Assembly: GCF_051207375.1 (NCBI RefSeq) | Contig: NZ_JBPJZD010000003.1 | Coordinates: 525,612 to 557,611, forward strand | Origin: Haloarchaeobius sp. DYHT-AS-18 | Lineage (GTDB): Archaea; Halobacteriota; Halobacteria; Halobacteriales; Natrialbaceae | Direction: 5' to 3' | DNA length: 32,000 bases | Shown here: in pieces, positions 15,011-23,074 of the stretch | How the letters are laid out: the number at the start of each line of letters is the position of its first letter | Numbering within the stretch: position 1 is the stretch's first letter | Notes under the pieces: generated by a model | Told to the model about the DNA's origin: nothing | Database searches by the model: none | What the model saw: only the letters and a program-made list of their open reading frames with translations | Translations under genes and position numbers: made by a program

Positions 15011-15017
15011 ATTATTA
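15011..15017 (+). promoter_or_regulatory. TATA-like box ATTATTA for qNor
   Basis: AT-rich heptamer about 28 nt upstream of ATG 15042, consistent with a leaderless or near-leaderless transcript. Confidence 0.4.
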
Positions 15018-15041
15018 CACCTGTTCGAACCACCAGATGAG

Positions 15042-17324
15042 ATGGAGATACGACGACAGACGCTCGCGAAGATACTGGTACTGGTCTTCGTGTTCAACCT
15101 GGCCGTCATGGGCTTTGGTGCATGGTACTCCACCGAGAACGCGCCACCCATTCCGAAGGAGGTGGTCGGCCCGGACGGCCAGCAGGTGGTGACGGACGAA
15201 CAGGTACGCACCGGCAAGACGGTGTTCCAGTCGGACGGCATGATGAACCACGGGTCCATCCTCGGGAACGGGGCATACTTCGGCGTGGACTACACCGCCG
15301 ATGCACTGGACCTGAAGGTGCAACACATGCGGGAGTACTACGCCCGCGAGCGCCATGGCGAGTCCTACTCGGCTCTCTCGTCGCCCGAGCAGGCGGCCAT
15401 CGACGAGGTCGTCCAGCGCGATCTCGACTCGGGAACCGTCGACGAGACCATCGAGTACTCCGCCGCGGAGATGTACGCGCACGAGCAGGTGCGTGAGGTC
15501 TACGTCGAACGCTACCACGAAGGCAGTCCCGAGCGAGGTGTGCCCGAGGGGATGGTCGCCTCCGAGGAGGAGGCCCGACAGTTCGCCGACTTCGCGATGT
15601 GGACGGCGTGGATGAGCCACACCGACCGACCGGGCAGCGAGCACTCGTACACGAACGAGTGGCCGTTCCAGCCCGCAGCCGGGAACACTCCCGGTGCCTC
15701 CGCGATGACCTGGAGCGTCATCGCGATGGTGCTGCTGGTCGCGGGCGCTGGTATCGGCGTCTGGCTCTACAAATCGGTCGACCTGCCCGAACCGTCGGCC
15801 GCCGGTATCGAGGTTCCCGACCCCGACGAGAGCGACCTGCTCCCGAGCCAGGCCGCGGCGGTGAAGTTCGTGCCGGTCGCGGCGCTGCTGTTCGCCGGAC
15901 AGGTCCTGCTCGGTGGGTTACTGGCCCACTACTACGTCGAGCGCTCGGCGTTCTTCGGCATCGAGTCGGTGTTCGGCATCCCGATTATCGACCTGCTGCC
16001 CTTCGCACTGGCGAAGACGTGGCACATCGACCTCGCCATCCTGTGGATCGCGACGCTGTGGCTCGGCGCGGGGCTGTTCCTCGCGCCGCTGCTGACCGGC
16101 TACGAGCCCGAGAACCAGTCGCGCTACGTCTACGGGCTCCTCGGCGCGCTCGTGGTCGTGTCCGTCGGCGGCCTGACGGGCATCTACCTCGGCGCGAACG
16201 AGTTCTTCCAGGGTGACCTCTGGTGGCTCCTCGGGAACGAGGGGCTGGAGTACCTCGAGGTCGGGAAGGTCTGGCAGTTCGGGCTGCTGCTCGGCTTCGG
16301 CGCGTGGGCGGTCCTCGTCGCCCGCGGGTTCGGGCCACTGCTCGACCGTGAGCCCCGGTTCGGCCTCGCGCACATGATACTCTACGCCGGCGGGTCCATC
16401 GGCCTGCTGTTCGTCGCCGGCTTCATGTTCACCCCCCAGACCAACATCGCGGTGACGGAGTTCTGGCGCTGGTGGGTCGTCCACATGTGGGTCGAGGGTG
16501 CGTTCGAGTTCTTCATCGTCGCCATCGTCGGCCTCACCCTCGTCTCGATGAACCTGCTGGAGAAGCGGTCGGCCGAGAAGGCGGTGATGGTCGAGGCGCT
16601 GCTCGTGATGGGGACCGGCGTCATCGGTGTCTCCCACCACTACTGGTGGGTCGGGATGCCGGACGTGTGGGTGCCCATCGGGAGCGTCTTCTCGACGCTG
16701 GAGCTCATCCCGCTGGTGTTCATCCTCTACGAGGCGCTCAACGAGTACGGGGCGCTCTCGGCCAGCGGCGAGGACTTCCCCTACCGGCTCCCGTTCATGT
16801 TCATCATCGCCAGCGGGGTGTGGAACTTCGTCGGGGCCGGCGTCCTCGGCTTCTTCATCAACCTCCCGCTGGTGAACTACTACGAGCACGGGACCTACCT
16901 GACGGTCGGGCACGCTCACGCCGCGATGTTCGGCGCGTTCGGCTTCCTCGCGCTCGGGATGGCGACCTACATGCTCCGCCTCACCACGACCGACTGGAAG
17001 CCCAGACGTCTCCGGGCCGCGTTCTGGCTGTGGAACGTCGGCCTCGCGCTGATGGTGTTCGTCTCGGTGCTCCCCGTCGGCTTCCTGCAGCTCGAAGCCG
17101 CGTTCACCGCGAACTACGACGCGGCCCGGAGCCTGGCGTTCTACAACGGCGAGCTGGTCCAGTTGCTGTTCTGGGCTCGCCTGCCCGGTGACACGATGCT
17201 CATCGCCGGGACGCTGCTGTTCGCCTACGACGTGGTCGAGAAGCTGTTCGCCCAGCGTGAGGTGACGGCAGCCGACGAGTCCGACGGCGTCGTCGCGACC
17301 CGGATGGCAACCGACGACGACTGA
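15042..17324 (+). CDS. norZ: Quinol-dependent nitric oxide reductase (qNor; haem-copper oxidase subunit I family with N-terminal extension)
   Basis: 760 aa. One N-terminal TM plus a ~200-aa soluble domain, then 12 or more TM helices with HCO-type His motifs (HYWWVG, GHAHAAMFG, WVVHMWVEG). Confidence 0.9.
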   Translation: MEIRRQTLAKILVLVFVFNLAVMGFGAWYSTENAPPIPKEVVGPDGQQVVTDEQVRTGKTVFQSDGMMNHGSILGNGAYFGVDYTADALDLKVQHMREYYARERHGESYSALSSPEQAAIDEVVQRDLDSGTVDETIEYSAAEMYAHEQVREVYVERYHEGSPERGVPEGMVASEEEARQFADFAMWTAWMSHTDRPGSEHSYTNEWPFQPAAGNTPGASAMTWSVIAMVLLVAGAGIGVWLYKSVDLPEPSAAGIEVPDPDESDLLPSQAAAVKFVPVAALLFAGQVLLGGLLAHYYVERSAFFGIESVFGIPIIDLLPFALAKTWHIDLAILWIATLWLGAGLFLAPLLTGYEPENQSRYVYGLLGALVVVSVGGLTGIYLGANEFFQGDLWWLLGNEGLEYLEVGKVWQFGLLLGFGAWAVLVARGFGPLLDREPRFGLAHMILYAGGSIGLLFVAGFMFTPQTNIAVTEFWRWWVVHMWVEGAFEFFIVAIVGLTLVSMNLLEKRSAEKAVMVEALLVMGTGVIGVSHHYWWVGMPDVWVPIGSVFSTLELIPLVFILYEALNEYGALSASGEDFPYRLPFMFIIASGVWNFVGAGVLGFFINLPLVNYYEHGTYLTVGHAHAAMFGAFGFLALGMATYMLRLTTTDWKPRRLRAAFWLWNVGLALMVFVSVLPVGFLQLEAAFTANYDAARSLAFYNGELVQLLFWARLPGDTMLIAGTLLFAYDVVEKLFAQREVTAADESDGVVATRMATDDD

Positions 17325-17325
17325 C

Positions 17326-17348
17326 GGCCCACGCTCGGCCTCGATTTT
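17326..17348 (+). terminator. Weak hairpin plus T4 downstream of qNor
   Basis: GGCC-N7-GGCC followed by TTTT at 17345-17348. Confidence 0.3.
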
Positions 17349-17388
17349 CACGCATACCTAACCTGTTCCGGTACAAGTCGATACGTCC

Positions 17389-17400
17389 TGAACACGTTCG
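17389..17400. promoter_or_regulatory. Operator-like TGAACACGTTCG (site 9)
   Basis: One mismatch to the consensus. Centre is 15.5 nt upstream of ATG 17410. Confidence 0.45.
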
Positions 17401-17409
17401 TATATGTAG

Positions 17410-18405
17410 ATGCGAAGGGCCACCCTCGCCGTCGTGCTCGTGCTGGTGCTCGTGAGCGCCGGCTGCGTGGGCTCGTGGCCGGGACAACCGGCTCCTGATT
17501 CGCCCGGCGGCGAGGAGGCTGGGACGACCGCGACCGTCACACGCGTCATCGACGGTGACACCATCGAGATCCGGTACCAGAACGGGACCGTCGACACGGT
17601 TCGATTGCTCGGCGTCGACACCCCGGAAGTCCACAAGGGAGTCGAACCGGAGGAGTATCCGGGCATCCCCGACAGCCTCGCGGGGCGTGACTGGCTTCGC
17701 AACTGGGGCGAGAACGCCAGCACGTTCGTCAAGCAGAACCTCGCGGGCGAGACGGTCCGGGTCGTCGTCGACCCGGAATCAGACGTTCGTGGCTACTACG
17801 GCCGCCTGCTCGCCTACGTCTACTACGATGACGGCGTGATGCTCAACGAGGAGCTGCTGCGGCGGGGCCTCGCACGCGTGTACGACTCGAAGTTCTCGAA
17901 GAAGGAGCACTTCTACGCGCTGGAAACCGAGGCCCGCGAGCAGGGTGTCGGCATCTGGGGCTTCGGCGGCGGCAGCGGTGCCAGCACGTCGGTCGAACTC
18001 TCGGTGGTCACCATCCAGGCTGACGCACCCGGCAACGACAACGAGAACCCGACGGGCGAGTACGTCACCTTCCGGAACACGGGCGACGCGACGGTCGACC
18101 TCTCTGGCTTCGTCGTCTCGGACGCGGCGAACCACGAGTTCGTCATCCCGGAGGGCGTGACGCTGGCCCCTGGAGCCGAGCTGACGCTCCGGAGCGGCCG
18201 CGGCCAGGACACCGAGTCCACCCTCTACTGGGGGAGCGACCGCGCCATCTGGAACAACGGCGGCGACACCATCACGGTTCGGACCGCCACGGGCCTGGTC
18301 GTACTCGAGGAATCCTACAGTTCGACGGGCTCGATTGTGGCCGATTCTGTAGATAGACGCCCCGAACCGCCAGAGTATTCGTTTTCTACTATCGTAGTAG
18401 TGTAG
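17410..18405 (+). CDS. Secreted lipoprotein: staphylococcal (thermo)nuclease domain fused to a lamin-tail domain
   Basis: Signal peptide with lipobox (LVLVSAGC). The SNase motif is VIDGDTIEIRY...VRLLGVDTPE...YGRLLAYV. The C-terminal LTD-like region is PGNDNENPTGEYVTFRNTGDATVDLSGFVVSD. Confidence 0.8.
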   Translation: MRRATLAVVLVLVLVSAGCVGSWPGQPAPDSPGGEEAGTTATVTRVIDGDTIEIRYQNGTVDTVRLLGVDTPEVHKGVEPEEYPGIPDSLAGRDWLRNWGENASTFVKQNLAGETVRVVVDPESDVRGYYGRLLAYVYYDDGVMLNEELLRRGLARVYDSKFSKKEHFYALETEAREQGVGIWGFGGGSGASTSVELSVVTIQADAPGNDNENPTGEYVTFRNTGDATVDLSGFVVSDAANHEFVIPEGVTLAPGAELTLRSGRGQDTESTLYWGSDRAIWNNGGDTITVRTATGLVVLEESYSSTGSIVADSVDRRPEPPEYSFSTIVVV

Positions 18406-18477
18406 GGGAAACTATTAAGATAGTCAACGCCATAGAGGTAGTTGCGAAGGCCGAGCACCCCCGCTCGGAGGTTCACC

Positions 18478-19494
18478 ATGAACGGAGCCAACCAGACCGT
18501 CAAGACGACCGACAACCGCCCGACGACCTACCGGTCAAACGGTGCCCGAACAGAGACGGACGAGTCCACCACTGCGGAACGTGAAGAGACCTCCTGTCCC
18601 GAGTGCGGTGCCGACAGTATCGCCGACGAAGAACACGGCGAGACGGTCTGCAACGAGTGCGGCCTGGTGCTCGCCGAGGGCAACGTCGACCGTGGGCCGG
18701 AGTGGCGCGCGTTCGACAAGGCCGAGAAGGACAAGAAGTCCCGCGTCGGCGCGCCGACGACCGGGATGCTCCACGACAAGGGCCTCTCCTCGGTCATCGA
18801 CTGGCAGAACAAGGACGCCTACGGCAGCCAGCTCTCGGCGCGCAAGCGCCAGAAGATGCAGCGCCTGCGCACCTGGGACGAGCGTTTCCGTGCCACCAGT
18901 GCCCGGGACCGCAACCTGAAGCAGGCGCTCGGCGAGATCACCCGAATGGCGAGCGCGCTGGACCTCCCCGACAACGTCCAGGAGACCGCATCGGTCATCT
19001 ACCGCCGCGCCCTCGAAGAGGACCTCCTCCCCGGTCGGTCCATCGAGGCCATGGCGACCGCGTCCCTCTACGCCGCGGCCCGGCAGAGCAACGTGCCCCG
19101 GAGCCTCGACGAGTTCGCCCCCGTGAGCCGCGTCGACCGCCGTGAGTTCGCTCGGGCGTACCGCTACATCGGGCGCGAGCTCGGCCTCGCCGTCGAGCCC
19201 GCCGACCCGGCCGAGTACCTGCCGCGGTTCTGCTCGGAGCTCGAGGTCTCCCACGAGGTCAAGACCCTCGCCCACGAGCTCATCGAGTCCGGCAAGCGCC
19301 AGAGCGTCCACAGCGGCAAGTCCCCGGTCGGCCTCGCCGCGGCGGCCATCTACGCTGCCTCCCTGCTGGCCAACGAGAAGTTGACCCAGAAGGAGGTCGG
19401 CGAAGCCGCCGAGGTCAGCGAGGTCACCATCCGCAACCGCTACAAGGAGCTCTTGCACGCGAACGACGAGAGCCAGCAGCAGGCGACCGCCTGA
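18478..19494 (+). CDS. tfb: Transcription initiation factor IIB
   Basis: Zn ribbon CPECG...CNECG, then RAFD and two cyclin-like repeats. I preferred ATG 18478 over the TTG at 18442. Confidence 0.9.
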   Translation: MNGANQTVKTTDNRPTTYRSNGARTETDESTTAEREETSCPECGADSIADEEHGETVCNECGLVLAEGNVDRGPEWRAFDKAEKDKKSRVGAPTTGMLHDKGLSSVIDWQNKDAYGSQLSARKRQKMQRLRTWDERFRATSARDRNLKQALGEITRMASALDLPDNVQETASVIYRRALEEDLLPGRSIEAMATASLYAAARQSNVPRSLDEFAPVSRVDRREFARAYRYIGRELGLAVEPADPAEYLPRFCSELEVSHEVKTLAHELIESGKRQSVHSGKSPVGLAAAAIYAASLLANEKLTQKEVGEAAEVSEVTIRNRYKELLHANDESQQQATA

Positions 19495-19739
19495 CCCACC
19501 TGTCGGCACGCGCCGACCACCCCGATTCCGCTGTCCCATCCCCGAGACGCGCCATCCCACAGCCTGTCATCCACCCCAACCTCCCTTCCCGAAGCCATGT
19601 CGCGCGTCTCCCTCTCCCGTGTTTTCATACCCGACGAGCGGCCAGCACGGTCATTCGAGACCAACTACGACGGGAGTCCCCGCGGAGAAACGATTATAGA
19701 AGTCCCTTCCCAAGCCCCGGCTATCCACGCCACCGAGCC

Positions 19740-20561
19740 ATGACCAACAGACACACCGATTCACCCGAGGAACTCGCCGCGGAAGCCGTCGACCTGCTCA
19801 AAGCCTTCGAACTCACCGAGTACGAGGCGAAATGCTTCACCGCCCTCTGTCGTATCGGACAGGGCACCGCCAAGGAGGTGAGCGAGGTCGCTGGCGTCCC
19901 CCAGGCCCGTGTGTACGACTGTATGGACTCGCTGCAAGAACGCGGCCTCGCCGACGCCCAGCAGTCGAAACCCCGTCGCTACCGGGGGACTGGTCCCGAC
20001 GAGGCCGTCGACACCCTGGAGCGTCGTGTCGACGAGAAACTCTCTCGGCTCGGGGAGCTGCTCCCACAGCTCGGTGCCGACGCCCGCGAGGAGAAGGGCG
20101 GCGAGATATGGGTGACCGAAGGTGACGCGGAGGTCGCAGAGCGCATGGCTCGGCTCGTCGGAGAGGCAGAAACGGAGGTGTTGCTCGCGGTCGCGGTCGA
20201 GGACCTCCTCACCGACACCCTCCTCGACGCGCTCCGGGCTGCCACCACCCGCGGGGTGGCCGTGACGGTCGGCTCGCCCGCCCCGGCGGTCCGCGACACC
20301 GTCTCTTCGGGTGTCACCGGTGCCACCGTGGTCGAGACCTGGACGTGGTGGGAGTCACACCCCATCCGACCCGGCGCGATGAGCAGCGTCCTGATGGTCG
20401 ACGGCCACTCGCTGCTCGTGAGCGCCGACGCCCCGACCGACCTGCCCGGGGTTCGAACCCATCGCGCGGTCTGGACCGATGGGGACGACGCCCCGCTCGT
20501 CAGCATGATGCGCCCGCTGCTCTCGCAGGCGATTGCGGGCGACGAGACGGCGACCATCTGA
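19740..20561 (+). CDS. TrmB-family transcriptional regulator
   Basis: 273 aa. N-terminal winged HTH LTEYEAKCFTALCRIGQGTAKEVSEVAGVPQARVYDCMDSLQERGL. Confidence 0.8.
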   Translation: MTNRHTDSPEELAAEAVDLLKAFELTEYEAKCFTALCRIGQGTAKEVSEVAGVPQARVYDCMDSLQERGLADAQQSKPRRYRGTGPDEAVDTLERRVDEKLSRLGELLPQLGADAREEKGGEIWVTEGDAEVAERMARLVGEAETEVLLAVAVEDLLTDTLLDALRAATTRGVAVTVGSPAPAVRDTVSSGVTGATVVETWTWWESHPIRPGAMSSVLMVDGHSLLVSADAPTDLPGVRTHRAVWTDGDDAPLVSMMRPLLSQAIAGDETATI

Positions 20562-20632
20562 CCGCAAAGTCCGCATTCACCGCCGACGAGAACGGTCAGA
20601 AACGCTTTGTACTAGTTCAGCCGACTGTAGTC

Positions 20633-21271
20633 ATGCAATTATCACGACGACGGTTCCTCGCGGCGGCGACCGGCGGACTTGCGGCGACCAGCGGCTGTCT
20701 GGACATGGTCCTGGGCGAGGAGCAGTCCTTCGAGGCGACCGCGGCAGAGGTCGGGGCGGCAGCACTCGGCGAGACGAACTACGAGCACCTGGAGACCGAA
20801 GCGAACACCATCTCGGAGACGTTCGAGATCCAGGGGAACGAGCGGACGGTCACCCTGACGAACTACATCAGCACGTACCAGCGCATGGTCGACATCCCCG
20901 GAATCGGCGAGCAGCCGGCCGCGGTGTTCGCGACGCTCTCGACACCGAAGTTCGAGATCCTCGGCCGGACACTGAACCCCATCGCAGAGGTCGAGAAGGA
21001 AGAGCTTGCGAAACGGGCGCAAGACAGCTACGGGTCGCTTCGCGTAAAGGAGCTTCTCGGGACCCAGCAGGTCGACGTCCTCGGGGCGGCCCACGAACTC
21101 GCGACCTTCTCCGGCATCGCGGAACTGGCGAGCACGGAGTTCGACGTACATCTCGACATCGGCACGGTGCCACACGAGAAAGACATCGTGGTGCTGTTCG
21201 GGGGCTACCCCGCCGAGATGCAAGGGGAGGCGGAGAATATCTTGACGATGGTCCGGGGCGTCACGCACTGA
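20633..21271 (+). CDS. Tat-exported lipoprotein, unknown function
   Basis: 212 aa from ATG 20633. Twin-arginine signal SRRRFLAAATGGLAATSGC with a lipobox. Confidence 0.7.
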   Translation: MQLSRRRFLAAATGGLAATSGCLDMVLGEEQSFEATAAEVGAAALGETNYEHLETEANTISETFEIQGNERTVTLTNYISTYQRMVDIPGIGEQPAAVFATLSTPKFEILGRTLNPIAEVEKEELAKRAQDSYGSLRVKELLGTQQVDVLGAAHELATFSGIAELASTEFDVHLDIGTVPHEKDIVVLFGGYPAEMQGEAENILTMVRGVTH

Positions 21272-21278
21272 GCCGGGG

Positions 21279-21294
21279 GACGGGGCAACCCGTC
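21279..21294. terminator. Hairpin GACGGG-GCAA-CCCGTC between convergent genes
   Basis: Perfect 6-bp stem with a tetraloop. Overlaps the stop codon of the minus-strand gene. Confidence 0.3.
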
Positions 21295-21796
21295 AGCTGC
21301 CGCCGTACTGTGTGAGCGTCGACTTGCCCCCGACGAGGACGAAGAACAGCCCGATACCGGCGAACAGGAGCGGACTGTTGGACTTCTCGTTCTTCAGGAA
21401 GGCATTGCCCGGCTGGTCGGGGGAGACGTACGCGGTGACCGTCGCACCCTCGTCGTAGTCCGCCACTGCGTCCCGGGCTGCCGACCGCGTATCGTAGCTC
21501 GGAGTCGTCTCCGCCGGGTAGAGGTTGGTACTCGTGTACGACTCACCCTCGTAGGTGTACGAGAACTCGACGGTCGGGGTGTATTCGACGTCGGTGCTGC
21601 TGCCGGCGGAATCGGACTCGACACCGACCTCGGTCATCTCCGCGTCCACCGAGACGGCGTTCTCCATCGCGTCGGATTGCTGGAGGTAGTCGTACGCGCC
21701 GAAGCCGGTCATCGCGAGGCCGACGACCAGGAACAGCACGGCACCACGGAACGTGCTCGGCCCGTCGACAGAGATGGTCGAATCACCGGACATCAT
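21293..21796 (-). CDS. DUF3592-like membrane protein
   Basis: 167 aa. Two TM helices flank a beta-rich domain containing FSYTYEGESYTS. Confidence 0.7.
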   Translation of the reverse strand: MMSGDSTISVDGPSTFRGAVLFLVVGLAMTGFGAYDYLQQSDAMENAVSVDAEMTEVGVESDSAGSSTDVEYTPTVEFSYTYEGESYTSTNLYPAETTPSYDTRSAARDAVADYDEGATVTAYVSPDQPGNAFLKNEKSNSPLLFAGIGLFFVLVGGKSTLTQYGGS

Positions 21797-22011
21797 ACTG
21801 GTGGCCGTCGCCGGGGTCTGGTAAGTGAATCATCATAGCTCTCCGTGAAGCAGACCATGGATACTGATTGCGGTGCGAGGGGCTACTTTTCTCTGTCTTA
21901 TCTTCTTTGTGATTCGATTCTGTCCGGAGTATTCCGGCCGGTCGGGACGACGAAACGGAACCGCCTGCCGAGAGTTTCGAGTTTAAATACTCGGGGGCGA
22001 AACCACGGCAC

Positions 22012-23001
22012 ATGGAACTCGACTACGTTCCCCTCGGTCGCACCGGGACGATGGTGAGCGAACTGGCCTTCGGGACCTGGCGCTTCGGTCGCGAGACCGA
22101 GGATGGACTCGAAATCGGCGAGGACCGCGCCTACGACCTGCTCGACGCCTACGAGGAGCACGGCGGCCGGTTCATCGACACCGCCGACGTGTACGGGGGC
22201 GGCAAGTCCGAGACGTGGATCGGCAACTGGCTGGCCGACCGCGACCGCGAGGACTACGTCATCGCCTCGAAGATATTCTGGCCGACACGCGAGGAGGACC
22301 CGAACGGGCGCGGCCTCTCTCGAAAGCACCTCCGACGCCAGATCGACCTGATGCTCGACCGCCTCGGGACGGAGTACATCGACCTGCTGTACATCCACCG
22401 CTGGGACGACGACACGCCCGCCGAGGAGTTCATGCGCACCCTGAACGAGTTCGTCGATTCGGGGAAGGTGAACTACCTCGGCGCGTCCACGTTCTACCCG
22501 AACGCCTGGAAGGTGGCGAAAGCGAACGAACTTGCCGAACGCCGCGGCTACGAACCGTTCACCGTGACCCAGCCCCGGTACAACCTCGTCGACCGCGAGG
22601 CGGAGGTGAACTACCTGGATATGTGTGCCGACTACGACCTCGGCATGTGTCCCTGGAGCCCCCTCGGGCAGGGCTTCCTGACCGGGAAGTACAGCCGTGA
22701 CGACAGGAACCCGGAGGACTCCAAGGTCGCCAGCGAGGACCGGTTCCGTGACAACTACCTGACCGAGGAGAACTTCGATGCCCTCGACGAACTGCAGGCG
22801 GTCGCCGACGAAGTCGAGGCATCGCCGGCACAGGTCGCGCTCGCGTGGCTCATGCACCACGACCAGGTGTCCGTCCCGCTCATCGGCGCGCGCACGGTCG
22901 AGCAACTGGAGGAGAACCTCGGCGCGGCCGACGTCACCCTCACGGAGGCGCAGTTCGAGCGACTCGACGAGTCGAAGGACCACCCGCTTGCGGGTCTCTG
23001 A
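22012..23001 (+). CDS. Aldo/keto reductase
   Basis: 329 aa. FIDTADVYGGGKSE, LSRKHL, LGAST and CPWSPLGQGFLTGKY are AKR signature regions. TTTAAATA TATA box about 28 nt upstream. Confidence 0.9.
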   Translation: MELDYVPLGRTGTMVSELAFGTWRFGRETEDGLEIGEDRAYDLLDAYEEHGGRFIDTADVYGGGKSETWIGNWLADRDREDYVIASKIFWPTREEDPNGRGLSRKHLRRQIDLMLDRLGTEYIDLLYIHRWDDDTPAEEFMRTLNEFVDSGKVNYLGASTFYPNAWKVAKANELAERRGYEPFTVTQPRYNLVDREAEVNYLDMCADYDLGMCPWSPLGQGFLTGKYSRDDRNPEDSKVASEDRFRDNYLTEENFDALDELQAVADEVEASPAQVALAWLMHHDQVSVPLIGARTVEQLEENLGAADVTLTEAQFERLDESKDHPLAGL

Positions 23002-23074
23002 AGGCAAGAAACGCATCTGAAGGAAACAGGCAAGTAGGTCCGGCAAGAACTGGGCCTGAACCGAACCGCTCGCA

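Noticed and set aside
19495-19739. 245-nt C-rich intergenic region examined for a tRNA or ncRNA.
   Set aside because: No cloverleaf-compatible stems or conserved tRNA boxes were recognised. It contains a plausible TATA (GATTATAG) about 40 nt before the trmB-family gene.
22997-23050. GGCAAG(A/T)A x3 and TCTGAAGG x2 upstream of the histidine kinase.
   Set aside because: Short low-information repeats in a 73-nt intergenic region, with nothing else in the window to corroborate them.
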